This document shows, piece after piece, positions 1 to 14,274 of a stretch of DNA of 64,000 bases (position 1 is the first letter of the stretch; each line of letters starts with the position of its first letter). The stretch covers positions 214,210,001 to 214,274,000 of the forward strand of contig OZ024741.1 in the NCBI GenBank assembly GCA_964016885.1, read 5' to 3'. Source of the DNA: Eledone cirrhosa. Its lineage: Eukaryota. Made by a program: the position numbers and the translations under genes. Under the pieces are notes generated by a model, which searched no databases, was not told where the DNA came from, and saw only the letters and a list, made by a program, of their open reading frames with translations.

Positions 1-228
1 CTCCAACACCACCATCTCTACCCACCAACCACAACCAGCCCTACCACCTCTACCACATCATCACTACCACCTCCAACACCACCATCTCTACCCACCAACC
101 ACAACCAGCCCTACCACCTCTACCACATCATCACTATACCATCACCAGCAACCCTACCACCTCCACCACCACCATCTCCACCCACGAACCCTACCACCTC
201 TACCCACCTCTACCCACCGACCACAACT
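1..228. repeat. C/A-rich minisatellite, ~70-bp period, degenerating
   Basis: ctccaacaccaccatctctacccacc... recurs at positions 1 and 71, followed by partial copies. Confidence 0.8.
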
Positions 229-484
229 AGAAGTCCCATAGTCATATTATATAGCATTACGGTATGTCTAATCTAACCACGTCTTATTCCGAAACATCCG
301 TTGTTCTACGGGAAATACCGCAGTCATCCAGGAAAAACATTAAAGGAACAGAAAAAAAATCAAAGAAAGAACGTCTTTCTAATGTTTTATTGTAAACACC
401 AGGTTGATTTATGGAACTTTTGGAAACTTGACACTTTCAATATGTAGTGCTCCCAACACAGATGACTATATTTGTAGATGATCG

Positions 485-885
485 TCTTCTTCTTCTTCTT
501 TTTTTTCATTTTTCTTCTTCTTCTTCTTCTTCTTCTTCTTCTTCTTCTTCTTCTTCTTCTTCTTCTTCTTCTTCACCGCCCACTTATTCCCGTGAGGGTC
601 GTGGGAGCAGAGTCCTCAAACAACACTTCCAGCAGGTCCTGTCAGAAGCAGCCGTCTCCAACTGGACCCCCAGGCGAGACCAACTAAACTCATGGATGTT
701 ATCCAACCATCTTGCTCGGGGTCTACTTCTGGGTCTCCTGCCGTTTGGTTTTGCCAGTAAAATTTGTGCAGCGATTCTTTCCTGAGACATTCTACCCACA
801 TACCCACAGTATCGGAGCTGTGATCTCTGAATTCGGAGAAGTAGTGTCTCTACCTTGAATCACTCTCTGATTTCCGGGTTACGCA
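485..885 (-). mobile_element. RTE-clade LINE 3' fragment with (GAA)n tail
   Basis: Minus ORF 584-799 reads ILLAKPNGRRPRSRPRARWLD (RTE C-terminal G-R-RGRP---W-D motif) and abuts (TTC)n at 485-573; similar copies at 24790-25130 and 33070-33275. Confidence 0.75.
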
Positions 886-944
886 ATCTATCGAGTAACG
901 TTACTCCAAAGACCCTTCAGAGGAACACCATGTCGGTCGCTTGT

Positions 945-1101
945 ATTCGCGATAGTATTATTTCGGTTAAAGGGCACTCTAATTTTGAAAGCCAAATATT
1001 TGAAAAAAAATAATAATAAACAACCTTCTAGGAAGCATGGTAGATTTTTTAGACTTATTTTTAGGGAAAAAGTAGCGTCTTTAAAGCCGGGAAATACGGT
1101 A
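945..1101. mobile_element. Tc1/mariner (pogo-like) MITE fragment, right end
   Basis: Ends gcgtctttaaagccgggaaatacggta (TACCGTATTT-type TIR). The matching left-end type caccgtatttacggcc...ctaattttga is at 21529-21620. Confidence 0.5.
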
Positions 1102-1104
1102 GTT

Positions 1105-1190
1105 AAATACATATCTGTACAGAATAAATACATATCTGTACAGAATAAATACATATCTGTACAGAATAAATACATATCTGTACAGAAAAA
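1105..1190. repeat. 21-bp minisatellite x4
   Basis: aaatacatatctgtacagaat repeated 4 times. Confidence 0.9.
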
Positions 1191-1304
1191 TATAAAACAT
1201 TTAGTCAAAGATATGTAGGTCTCTAAATAAATACAGTGGCATATGTTTACATTAGTTCTTTGTACGTATTTCTGCCCCCTCCCCCAGTAAAGATAGTTAA
1301 TATT

Positions 1305-1560
1305 CTAAGGCGGGTAAAATTCCCGAGATTCATGGACGAGTTCTCTCCAGCGGTCTCTGTCCCTCATTATCGCTGCCATGTCCTGCGTCTCCAACAGACC
1401 AGTGTCTGTCCTTAGGGCATCAACATACGTTAACCTTGGTTTTCCTCTTCTAGTGTGTCCATTTAGGGGCTCCCAAAGGAGCACTGAGTGCAATATCAAC
1501 TCTGGATGTCGGTGAGCATGTCCAGCTAACCTCAGTCTCCTCTGTGTCACTTTTGATGGT
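1305..1560 (-). mobile_element. RTE-clade LINE 3' fragment (second family)
   Basis: RRLRLAGHAHRHPE...LLWEP...RRGKPRLTYVD..DTGL...MRDRDRWR, typical RTE ORF C-terminus. Confidence 0.75.
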
Positions 1561-1721
1561 GCTACACGAGAATGCTGAGGATGGCTCTGAACATTAATCA
1601 GTATACACTGAGGATGAAAAACTCAGAGCTGTATGGGAGCATCCCAAAAGTCAGCTCAAAAGTGAATAGTTAATATATATATATATAGTAAGAATATTTT
1701 CGAAACAGCGAGCGGGTTTGA

Positions 1722-2004
1722 AATTATTATAAATGTAAGCTATCGCCGTATTTTGACTAAAGAAATTAAAGAAATTATTTAGCCTGATAGTGGGGTTAAG
1801 AGCCCTCGGAGAAATGGAAAAAGGTGAGTATTGACGTACATGGGAGTCAAACCCACATCTTTGGTTATACATAGGTTCGACTCCCATGTACATGAATACT
1901 CATCTTTTTCCATTTCTCCGAGGGTTCTTAACGCCACTATCAGGCTAAATAATTTCTTTAATTTCTTTAGTCAAAATACGGTGAAAGCTTACATTTATAA
2001 TAAT
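1722..2004. mobile_element. Palindromic non-autonomous element between (TA)n tracts
   Basis: ~130-bp inverted arms (attattataaatgtaagct...gggagtc / gactccc...agcttacatttataataat); related copy at 40517-40660. Confidence 0.75.
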
Positions 2005-2008
2005 AATA

Positions 2009-2684
<676 letters not shown>

Positions 2685-2713
2685 AAATGTGTGTAATCCT
2701 TGGTACAGTTAGG

Positions 2714-2994
2714 TATATTAAGACAGGGGGGAAGAAAAAATGGCTTCACTTGTGCTTTCAACAAATTTATTTTCTTCACAAAATCCAAAAAGAATTTTTT
2801 TCCGGATTAGAAAAAATTTTTTTCTTAAAAGAAATTATTTTATAAATTAAGTTGTTGTAATTTATAATAATAATTTTTTTTAAGAAAAACATTTTTTCTA
2901 ATCCGGAAAAAAATTATTTTTGGATTTTGTGAAGAAAATAAATTTGTTGAAAGCACAAGTGAAGCCATTTTTTCTTCCCCCCTGTCTTAATATA
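2714..2994. mobile_element. Palindromic element (~125-bp arms) in TA-rich context
   Basis: tatattaagacaggggggaagaaaaaatggc... mirrored by ...gccattttttcttcccccctgtcttaatata; AATAAA plus a U/GU-rich segment near each outer end. Confidence 0.8.
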
Positions 2995-3116
2995 TATATA
3001 TATTAACTATCTGACCCGACTGTACATTTTAATTGGAATCACTCTCAGGGACTATGTACGCATTTCTCCTTTCACAGAGAAATACGCAATTAAGAGGTTG
3101 ACTTCACTCCATCATA

Positions 3117-3147
<31 letters not shown>

Positions 3148-3148
3148 T

Positions 3149-3210
<62 letters not shown>

Positions 3211-3273
3211 CGAAAATGTATTGTTGTATCAAATTATATCGTTATAAATACAAATTTGGGGACAATATATATA

Positions 3274-3359
<86 letters not shown>

Positions 3360-3415
3360 AAGTATTTCTGTAGAAAAGATAAAGGAAATATATATATATA
3401 TTCATGTACAGATAT

Positions 3416-3570
3416 ATTACAACAGAGACATAAACAGGTACTCAAGATTCGTTGGGTTCCGGGCCCCAACTCATTCAGCCTATCACGTTATTTTTCTCAT
3501 GACAGGCTGAACGAATTGGAGCCCAGAACCCAACGAAACTTGAGTACCTGTTTATGTCACTGTTGTAATT
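3416..3570. mobile_element. Palindromic element carrying two outward-facing variant hammerheads
   Basis: Arms attacaacagagacataaacaggtactcaag / cttgagtacctgtttatgtcactgttgtaat; hammerhead-like motifs at 3435-3482 (-) and 3503-3550 (+). Confidence 0.75.
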
Positions 3571-3573
3571 ATT

Positions 3574-3780
3574 GATTTCTAGTATAGGCACAAGGCCAGT
3601 AATTTTGGGGAAGGCAAAGTCGATTAAATCGACCCCAGTACTGGTGCTTTATTTTATCAACCCCGTAAGGATGAAAGGCAAAGTTAACCTCGGCGGGATT
3701 TGAACTCAAACCGTAAAGGGCCGTAACTCTGTGCTGCAAAGCATGGTGTCTGCCGCTCTACCGATACTACCAATCCACTG
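3574..3780 (-). mobile_element. tRNA-derived SINE with Deu/Nin-like core
   Basis: Reverse complement has A box (tggtagtatcgg), B box (gagttcaaatccc) and gcctttcatccttacgggg..ataaaataaag core; about 15 copies in the window. Confidence 0.8.
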
Positions 3781-3944
3781 CCCTGTTGTAATTATTGATA
3801 CTAAACTCGTCCTATGGACTGAGTGCTCTTACTCTTGGATATTCCCACTTAACTTTTACTTCAGTTTATATATATATATATATATGTATACACTCACACA
3901 CATACATACATGTATACACACACACCCACATATATACACACGAA

Positions 3945-4004
<60 letters not shown>

Positions 4005-4115
4005 AGAGAGAGAGAGAGCGAGAGAGAGAGAGAGAGCGAGCGAGAGAGAGAGAGAGGGGGGGGGGGTTGTGACCAGCAGAGTGTTACAATAAAGGCAGAC
4101 ATATTGAAAATAAAG

Positions 4116-4277
4116 AAACGAGTCAACTAGAAAGAAACCATCTGCATGGTCGTTGAAACTGCTAGAAAGAGCTCACAATGCGTTGTTTGTTATATCGGAT
4201 ATAACAAACATCGCATTGTGTGCTCTTTCTAGCAGTTTCGACGACCATGTAGATGGTTTGTTTCTAGTTTACTCGTT
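4116..4277. mobile_element. Palindromic element (~78-bp arms)
   Basis: aaacgagtcaactagaaagaaaccatctgcatggtcg...cgaccatgtagatggtttgtttctagtttactcgttt. Confidence 0.75.
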
Positions 4278-4501
4278 TCTTTCTTACTGTTCGGTAAGTT
4301 ATGTGAGAGCTTTCCTGTCATCTAAGTCTGTGACTCCCTTCTCTGTTGTTTCTGGTGCGTCTGTCTGTGTGTCTGCTTGCTCTGGAATGTACAGCACTTA
4401 ATAATATATATAATCAACTAGAGTCTCATTTCATTTCAACACTGAATCATATAACCCCAAAATACACGGTGTGTCACAGACACACACATGCGAAACTGTT
4501 T

Positions 4502-4538
<37 letters not shown>

Positions 4539-4559
4539 TATATGGGTTCGTCAACTCCT

Positions 4560-4650
<91 letters not shown>

Positions 4651-4767
4651 TATGTGCGTGTGTGTGTGTGTGTGTACTCAATTATGTACACCCACACAAA
4701 CTCTGTTACTCGTTTCAATCATTAAACTGTTGCCATAGTGCCTGTGTGTATATATTTATATTCAAAC

Positions 4768-4806
<39 letters not shown>

Positions 4807-4983
4807 CAGACACACCCACAGACACATATATATATATATATAAAATATATATAAACATATATAATGTGTATGTGTGTGCCTGAATATAATCATACACATG
4901 CTTTCCTGTTGTAAAAAGATTTTTTTCCGTTTTTCCTCCTCTTACTTTTGTCTAACTTCTATTTCTTCTATTACCCATTCTAT

Positions 4984-5017
4984 CTTCTGATGAAGGACTA
5001 ACTTCCGAAATGTTAAG
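4984..5017 (+). ncRNA. Minimal type I hammerhead motif (Penelope pLTR type)
   Basis: ctt-CTGATGA-a-GGA ctaact TCC-GAAA-tgtt-aag; same family at 11974-12011 (-), 30045-30080 (+) and 33464-33498 (+). Confidence 0.7.
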
Positions 5018-5067
5018 CAACTTTTCCTACTGTATCAAGCGATAAACTAATATATACCCTCAATGTT

Positions 5068-5119
<52 letters not shown>

Positions 5120-5136
5120 TTATATATATACGTATG

Positions 5137-5178
<42 letters not shown>

Positions 5179-5233
5179 TAAAATTAAAATGGCGTAGACA
5201 TACAATACAACAGGAGGAAACATAATAGTACCA

Positions 5234-5267
5234 CTGATGATGTTGCAGATGTGCAACGAAAGAACTT
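5234..5267 (+). ncRNA. Hammerhead core with perfect stem II, stem I disrupted
   Basis: CTGATGA-t-GTTGCA gatg TGCAAC-GAAA-gaactt, immediately upstream of (TA)n. Confidence 0.55.
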
Positions 5268-5271
5268 TCAT

Positions 5272-5345
<74 letters not shown>

Positions 5346-6055
5346 TATTGAAGTTTCCGTTGAAAATTGAAAAAGTCATAGGAGTGAAGAGTGCTCTATG
5401 TAAGTACCAGAGCAAAATTTAATGTATAATAAACAATACAATATAATTACCTCATTACCAGAGGTTTCCCGAATAAGACGAATACGAAAAACGTCCTCAT
5501 TCGTTCGTCGGACAAGGCAATTTAAAACATAGTGAAATATTTGAAAAGTCTCCTCAAGAAATGCAAGAGTTTAACGGTCAAAAAATATATAAATAAAAGT
5601 AATGCAAGATATATATATATATATATATATATATATCTGTATTCTTAACCGTTGGTCAATCAATTGATTGCCAAATAAATTAACTATGGAGATATAAAAG
5701 ATACAGAAGCGAAAACCAACCAAACAGTGAGTGTGTTCTGTTATTATTTCTGGCAATATTATTGCAACAATATGACCCTCCCCAAGTATAACAATATATA
5801 TATTTACCAGCATTAAACTATTGAGACTATTGTTCAGCAGAATACTCGACATTTGGGATAGTAGAGTGTGAGTGTGTGAGTATATGAGAACGATTTGGGG
5901 CTCGACAGCTGCGCTGATTCTGGAATTAGTGTCGAAACGGCAAGAGCTCAGCCTTCGGGCTCCGACTCTTTCTCATATATGTGTAAAGGTTTAGTGAAGG
6001 ATCCTTATAAATGTCTCATTATTGCATGTATGTATTTTAGAATGAATATTGGTGA

Positions 6056-6148
<93 letters not shown>

Positions 6149-6151
6149 TAT

Positions 6152-6217
<66 letters not shown>

Positions 6218-7138
6218 GCACCAATATCCATATATATAATATATGTGTGTGTGTGTGTGTGTGTGTAAGTACATATGTTACTATGTATGCAAACATGCAT
6301 GTACGTGTGCACACATCCAACTTGGTTTTCCATGCGTAAACGCCGAATACGCAATCTACATACGCACAAGTACACACACACACAAACACACACACATACA
6401 TACACATGCACACAAACATATACGCATACACTCACAAACATACATACATTAACACACAAATACATACACACACACATACCCCCCCCTCCACACACACACC
6501 CGTACCTATCAAACAAACTGAACAGAGGAAGTAAGAAATACGACAAATAATACGACCAATGGCATCATTACTGAACTGGGTTCTCAAAGATACACACAAG
6601 AATTAGAACAGACGTTTCCTATTTACCATTCCATGTTCCATTTGCCAGAATCACTTCTCTCTCAGCCGCCATTTTACAAAATGTCTCCTATTTCGAATCG
6701 CTGTTTTTTTTCAACGTTTTTGCTTGGGATTTTTATATTTTTTTGTGTGAGGTCTTTATATATATATTTTTTTTTTTTTTTTTGTGGAAGAAGGTCTTTA
6801 TATACATTTTTTATCCAATTTTTATTTTGTTATTGCTGTTGGTGATTGTTTATTTCAATTATTTTATTTATTTATTTTGTATGGCAGTGGGTAATGGATG
6901 GTGTGGGGCCAGGAGGAGGGGTACTCTTTGATATATTTTTCGTTTTTTTATTTGACTTTCTGACTTCATTTTGTGCCGGGTTTTTATATACATTTCTTTT
7001 TTTTTCATTATTGCCCTTCCCCTTCCGCTTCACTCTCTTTCATTTCTCTATCCTTCTCTCTATCACTCTTCTCGTCCGCTCGATCTATCTCTAAACATTA
7101 TCTGTCTCATTTCGCAAACCTATATACGTATATATGCA

Positions 7139-7170
<32 letters not shown>

Positions 7171-7173
<3 letters not shown>

Positions 7174-7943
7174 ACGGAAAAAATGAAACGAAATTTCATT
7201 TCCCACTCTTAGTACGGCTGTTACTTATGTACACGTACATAGATATATGTATACAGACGTACAGTAGTATGTATATATATATATACATACATGCACACAT
7301 ATATATATGTACGTATGGATTCACCGAACATTTATTATAATGCTCAGTGTGTTTGTAAACAAACATCCCGTATTAAGCCGTAGTGTCTAGCAACCATCGT
7401 TGCTCGTTTGTTCAACACTGACAAAGGAACGCTGTACTAGTTTCAAGCTTATTAGCTATCGTCAGCAACGTATACCTTCCTGCCAGATTGTTGAACGTAT
7501 ATACTTACCTTATGCATATTAACGGCTGAGTAGTCCAATTTGCATTTCGAGTGGGTTAATCGGCCGGGTGTACCGAAAACGATAAACGGAAAAAATGAAA
7601 CGAAATTTCATTTCCCACTCTTAGTACGGCCGATTAACCCACTCGATATGCAAATTGGGCTACTTAGCTGTTAATATGCATAAGGTAAGTATATACGTTC
7701 AACAATCTGGCAGGAAGGTATACGTTGCTGACGATAGCTAATAAGCTTAAAACTAGTACAGCGTTCCTTTGTCAGTGTTGAACAAACGAGCAACGATGGT
7801 TGCTAGACACTACGGCTTAATACGGGATGTTTGTTTACAAACACACCGAGCATTATAATAAATGTTCGGTGAATCCATACGTACATATATATATGTGTGC
7901 ATGTATGAATATATATATACATACTACTGTACGTCTGTATACA

Positions 7944-7950
<7 letters not shown>
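7171..7950. mobile_element. Hammerhead retroelement: ~412-bp unit with terminal direct repeat plus inverted copy
   Basis: taaacggaaaaaatgaaacg... at 7171 and 7583, inverted copy 7627-7950, flanked by (TA)n; homolog at 55121-55815. Confidence 0.85.
7430..7470 (-). ncRNA. Type I hammerhead ribozyme
   Basis: Minus: cgttg-CTGACGA-t-AGCT aata AGCT-t-GAAA-ctagTA^cagcg; palindromic stem III (ACTAGT). The plus-strand mirror at 7723-7763 has GAAA->AAAA. Confidence 0.8.
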
Positions 7951-7991
<41 letters not shown>

Positions 7992-8043
7992 GATGTGTGT
8001 GTGTATATATATATATATGTGTGTGTATGTGTGTATATATATG

Positions 8044-8074
<31 letters not shown>

Positions 8075-8179
8075 GCATATATATATATATATATGTGAGT
8101 CCAGAAATAGCCGTCGAAACGGCTTGAGCTCTGCCGTCGGGGTCATACTTTTTCCTATATGTATATATACGTATGTGTG

Positions 8180-8235
<56 letters not shown>

Positions 8236-8298
8236 ATATTATAGGGTAAAATGACGGATAGATATATGCATATGAATGTGCGTGTATATGTGTGTGGT

Positions 8299-8403
<105 letters not shown>

Positions 8404-8511
8404 ACCATGTTTTTTTGCTTCCGTCATTCTTGTTTTTAACCTCAGATGTTTATTCGGATTTAGAAAATAAAAAACACTTCAAAATTATATATGTATGTAT
8501 GTGTATGTAAA

Positions 8512-8720
8512 GTGGACGTGTAGGAGACACGGTAAAAAGACTCCCAGTGGACACTGTAAATGTGGTTGGTGTGAGGAAGGGCACCCAACCGTAGAAAACC
8601 TGCCAGAAACAGCGAGCGAGAAACGGTCTCCCGACCAATCTTGCCTCAAGTGGGACAAAACCGTCCAACCCATGCTAACTTGGAAGATGGACGTTAAACG
8701 ATGATGATGATAATGATGAT
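8512..8720 (+). mobile_element. SINE 3' half (Meta/Ceph-like core) with RTE-type (GAT)n tail
   Basis: gtggttggtgtgaggaagggcacccaaccgtagaaaac...gacgttaaacgatgatgatg; related minus-strand copy at ~11620-11870. Confidence 0.55.
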
Positions 8721-10114
8721 GTATATATGTATGTACGTATGTATGTATGTATGTATGTATGTATGTATGTATGTATGTATGTATGTATGTATGTATGTAT
8801 GTGTATGTATCATCGGTAACAGGCTTTATAGTGGAGTTATCCCAGTTTCCTTGAGTTGCCTTCTCCTAGAAGAATGCCCTGACAAAGGCTAGGGGTCCTT
8901 CACTCCCAGTGGTTTAACCGCGCGGTACATGTGTATATACATATTTTCACACTTTTCACACTTCATGAGTTCTTCCGCCCTGTCAGGTTTTGTTTTTTGT
9001 TGATCTTTTCTTCTTTTCGGGTTATAGCTACTGTCGCTCAGAGTGTGGGATTGGCTCAATGCACAGTCTTTCCTCACTTTAAAAAATATCTTCACGAGGG
9101 GACAGCCATCATGTGTATGTATATGTATGGTTTTATTTTTATATGTGTATGTATCTATGTGTATATGTATGCGTTATTGTTTATGAATATGCATTTTTGA
9201 CAAGGTTTCTGTCTTTCTCCGTCGGTTTTTAGTTCACCCACCCACCACACACATTAACCCTAATTCTTATCATGCATTTGTTTTTATTCAATCGCTTAGA
9301 ATACTTTTTTCCGTTAAACTTTTATCTTGACCAAATCCTCCCAGTAACTCCACCAAAAAAGCCCTACCATGACATGCACCATAGTCACCACAACTAACCA
9401 ATCAATACCCATAACGAAACATATACCACAGCAAACGACACACCATTAAGACTAGCCCCTAGTACCAACCATCCCTTTCCACCCACAACCACTTACAAAC
9501 TACAGCCAGCACCAATCGGCACCAACCGGCACCACTACCCACCATGAACATCTACAATCATCCCTCCCCACTACTATTATCGCAACTACCACGCCAAACA
9601 ACCACCACCGTTCACCAACAACCACAAACACCATCCAACCCTACTGCTGTGTCAGGGTGTCTCATCTTATTAGAATCCACTACCCAGGACGAACATATAC
9701 AACTCTCTCCACTAATACTATCACAACTACCACGCCCACCAGTCACTATCATTCACCAACAACAACCACCAACAATCACAAACACCATCCAAACCCTGCT
9801 GCTGTGCCAGGTTGTCTCAACTTATTAGAATCTACACCTATCTCTGTAGATACCGACCAGACTCATGTGTTCTGTTTTACCTAGAAGTTTCAGATAGATT
9901 AAAGCTGTTGAGACAAACAGGAGGATGATAAACAACAATAACAACAATAATAATAATATTAGCAACAACAGCAACAACATCAACAACAATAACAACAATA
10001 ACAATAATTGTTTCTACTTTTGGCACAAGGCCAGCAATTATCCCAGTACATTACTGGTACTTTATTTTATCGACCACGTAAGGATGAAAGGCAAGGTTAA
10101 TCTCGACGGGATTT

Positions 10115-10535
10115 GAATAACATTAATACAATATCAGCATCATCAATAACAACATCAGTAATCGCATCAACAACATCATTATAATTAACAACAACAAAAA
10201 TAATCACAGCAACAGCAACGGCAACAGCAAATATATTACCAACATCTACATCGACAACAACAACAACAATCACAGCAGTAACGACATCAACAACAACAAC
10301 AGCAACCACAACAACAACAACAACCACGACATCAACAACAACAACAACAACCACAACCACAACATCAACAACAACAACAACCACAACAACAACAATATCA
10401 ACAACAACAACAACTACCACCACCACCACCACCACAGCAACAACCACCACCACCACCACACCAACAACCACCACCACCACCACCACCACAGCAACAACAA
10501 CAACCACAGCAATAACAACAACAATAATTACGACA
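10115..10535. repeat. (CAA)n/(CCA)n low-complexity tract
   Basis: Degenerate trinucleotide repeat; source of the poly-Val ORF artefact. Confidence 0.9.
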
Positions 10536-11424
10536 GTATTTCAATAGTAGTCTATTTTATCGGCCACAAAATGACGAAGGGCAAAGTTGATCTCGGCAGG
10601 ATTTGAACTCAGAATGTAAAGAGTCAGAACAAACACCGCAATTGTATTTTATTCGACACTCTACCAATTCTGTCCCTCCTCCACCATTGTATCTGAATAA
10701 TATATTGTAAATCTATTAATAGATTAGGGCAATGGTCCCCAAAGTGGGTTCTACGGTACCCAAGGGAACCACAAAGGAGTGTCTAGTGTTCCGTGAAAAA
10801 GGGTAGAGGTGTATATTCTTCAAGTAGTGGTTTTTGTTATTATTCATCGGATATTGTTAATGACAGCTTTACTTACAACCTTCAACCTTCAAGTAGTGGC
10901 TGTATGTATACGTCTGTATTTCTCTATCAGTGTGTGTGTGTGAGACAGCTCACACCTATGCAGGTTTAGCTGGCCTCCTCCAAGGTATATCTCGCTGGAG
11001 GTGTCTTGGATAATTTAATGATAGGGACCCCAGTCCTATCATTTCATTTTTACAGCTGAAATTTCATTTTTACAGCTGCAACGTGAAATAAAGCTCAAGG
11101 AAATAACACATCAGCCGGTCCGACAATTGAACTCACAACCTTTCTATTGCAAGCCCAATGCTCTAACCACTAAGCCATGCGCCTTCCCTATCAGTGTGTC
11201 TATATATGTGTACGTGTTTACATACTTATCAAGACACGTTATCTCTCTATTACGACCATATAACAGTACTAGACTTTGGGATTCCCTCAAAACGTTTCTT
11301 AACCAAAAAGTGTTCCACGTTTGAAAAAGTTTGGGAAACCTTGGATTAGGCAATGTAAGATTTGAATTGAGCTGGGGATTGTAACAATCATTATCATCAT
11401 CATCATTATCATCATTACCACCAA

Positions 11425-11615
11425 GGGCGGTGGATTGGCAGTATCGGTAGAGGTCGGACACAATGCTTTCCAGCATAGAGTTACAGCCCTTGCCATTCTG
11501 AGTTCAAATCCCGCCGAGGTTAACTTTGCCTTTCATCCTTACGGGGTCTCATAAAATAAAGTACCAGTAATGCACTGGGTAATTGCTGGCCTTGTGCCAA
11601 AAGTAGAAACAATTA
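11425..11615 (+). mobile_element. tRNA-derived SINE, full length
   Basis: gggcggtggattggcagtatcggtagag...gagttcaaatcccgccgagg...gccttgtgccaaaagtagaaacaatt. Confidence 0.85.
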
Positions 11616-11973
11616 TCATCATCATCATCATCGTCATCATCATCATCAGCAGCAGCATTATCGACGTTTTACGTTCGTTTCCTTGCTAGGAAGAGTTGTT
11701 TGGTTTTACGACTAAACAGGACAGTAGACCATGCACTGTTAATACATTTCATTTCGACATTGTGTTTACGGTTGGATGCCCTTTCTAACAACAGCAACTT
11801 TACAGCATGTACTGAGTGCATTTTATCTGGTCACCAGCACTACCACTTTACTGAATGTGGCGGGTGCATTTCATCGAGGAGACATACATAAAAGCATACA
11901 TACATACGAAAATTTAACGAAGTAAACTATACAGTACATTGATACTATATATTAGCTTCACGATTGATAAAGT

Positions 11974-12011
11974 ATCTTAACATTTCGGACACTGGTCTCT
12001 CATCAGAAGAT
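11974..12011 (-). ncRNA. Minimal type I hammerhead motif
   Basis: Minus: atctt-CTGATGA-ga-GAC cagt GTC-c-GAAA-tgtt-aagat; stem I atctt/aagat. Confidence 0.7.
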
Positions 12012-12250
12012 GGAGTGAAAAATAAGAAAAAGCGATAGAAAGTTAGCGGACACTGAGAAGAGAAAGAAAGGGGTAATTTGCAGGGGAACAAAAGAGCACC
12101 TGCGTGTGCAGTCAGCCATTTGAGGAAAAAAATGTGTGTGTGTATATATATATATATAAACAAAAAGGATATTTAATTTGTTGGTAATTCAACAAATATA
12201 TATGTTTATAACTGATTCGAAGAACTCGACAGTTTTCTGGAGTATAATAT

Positions 12251-12533
12251 TCAATGATATTAAATAAATGGAAACTATATTTATAAAATCATATTTATTC
12301 TATTATATATATTTCAAGGGTACCAACAGTTTGGTAGGCTCCCTTCAGATAAAATACAAAGTTTGTTTTATAAATATTGACATATCCAGGAAGAGCTTAA
12401 CGGTTCAAGATTTTCCTGGACTATCCAGGAAAAACTTGAACCGTTAATATCTTCTTCCTGGATATGTCAATGAAATATATATAATAGAATAAATATGGTT
12501 TTATAAATATAGTTTCCATTTATTTAATATCAT

Positions 12534-12537
<4 letters not shown>
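12251..12537. mobile_element. Palindromic element, family C, with degenerate hammerhead
   Basis: Outer arms tcaatgatattaaataaatggaaactat / atagtttccatttatttaatatcattga; inner hairpin ttgacatatccaggaag...; core CTGAAGG...GAAA at 12296-12356 (-). Confidence 0.75.
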
Positions 12538-12590
<53 letters not shown>

Positions 12591-12709
12591 TACTTTGGGA
12601 GGGTCATGTTGCCAAGAAGAAACACACGCACCAGTTGCTTTCACTTCAATTTATTATAATAAATTTATAAATTTAGGAATTTATAAATTTCCGGTTGGTT
12701 GGTTGGTTC

Positions 12710-12740
<31 letters not shown>

Positions 12741-14274
12741 GAATATAGACATAGAATATTCGAAAATATTCTGTATGTTTATAATAAACATTTTGAAGAC
12801 CTAATCGCTATAGAATAGAATACGTCACGTATTACAATTAGATTCTCGATAAAAGCAAGGGAAGTAATCTACGCGTTTCATTCTTGTTAGAAATCATCAG
12901 GACTACATATCCAGTGCTTTTATCGAGAATGACACAGCTAGAGACTTATAGAATACTTAGCTGTGTACAGGAACTGGTTTGAAAGAGCGGTTGCCGGTCC
13001 GGCAGAAATTAGAAATTGGAATAAATGCTCTGAAATAGCGATATATATGTGAATATAGACATAGAATATTCGAAAATATTCTGTATGTTTATAATAAACA
13101 TTTTGAAGACCTAATCGCTATAGAATAGAATACGTCACGTATTACAATTAGATTCTCGATAAAAGCAAGGGAAGTAATCTACGCGTTTCATTCTTGTTAG
13201 AAATCATCAGGACTACATATCCAGTGCTTTTATCGAGAATGACACAGCTAGAGACTTATAGAATACTTAGCTGTGTACAGGAACTGGTTTGAAAGAGCGG
13301 TTGCCGGTCCGGCAGAAATTAGAAATTGGAATAAATGCTCTGAAATAGCGATATATATGTGAATATAGACATAGAATATTCGAAAATATTCTGTATGTTT
13401 ATAATAAACATTTTGAAGACCTAATCGCTATAGAATAGAATACGTCACGTATTACAATTAGATTCTCGATAAAAGCAAGGGAAGTAATCTACGCGTTTCA
13501 TTCTTGTTAGAAATCATCAGGACTACATATCCAGTGCTTTTATCGAGAATGACACAGCTAGAGACTTATAGAATACTTAGCTGTGTACAGGAACTGGTTT
13601 GAAAGAGCGGTTGCCGGTCCGGCAGAAATTAGAAATTGGAATAAATGCTCTGAAATAGCGATATATATGTGAATATAGACATAGAATATTCGAAAATATT
13701 CTGTATGTTTATAATAAACATTTTGAAGACCTAATCGCTATAGAATAGAATACGTCACGTATTACAATTAGATTCTCGATAAAAGCAAGGGAAGTAATCT
13801 ACGCGTTTCATTCTTGTTAGAAATCATCAGGACTACATATCCAGTGCTTTTATCGAGAATGACACAGCTAGAGACTTATAGAATACTTAGCTGTGTACAG
13901 GAACTGGTTTGAAAGAGCGGTTGCCGGTACGGCAGAAATTAGAAATTGGAATAAATGCTCTGAAATAGCGATATATATGTGAATATAGACATAGAATATT
14001 CGAAAATATTCTGTATGTTTATAATAAACATTTTGAAGACCTAATCGCTATAGAATAGAATACGTCACGTATTACAATTAGATTCTCGATAAAAGCAAGG
14101 GAAGTAATCTACGCGTTTCATTCTTGTTAGAAATCATCAGGACTACATATCCAGTGCTTTTATCGAGAATGACACAGCTAGAGACTTATAGAATACTTAG
14201 CTGTGTACAGGAACTGGTTTGAAAGAGCGGTTGCCGGTCCGGCAGAAATTAGAAATTGGAATAAATGCTCTGAA

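Noticed and set aside
2925-2968. Hammerhead-like gtgaaga...gaaa
   Set aside because: Lacks C3 and has no convincing stems; better explained as AATAAA plus a downstream element
11425-11520. tRNA gene (A/B boxes)
   Set aside because: No cloverleaf, and it continues into a multi-copy SINE body
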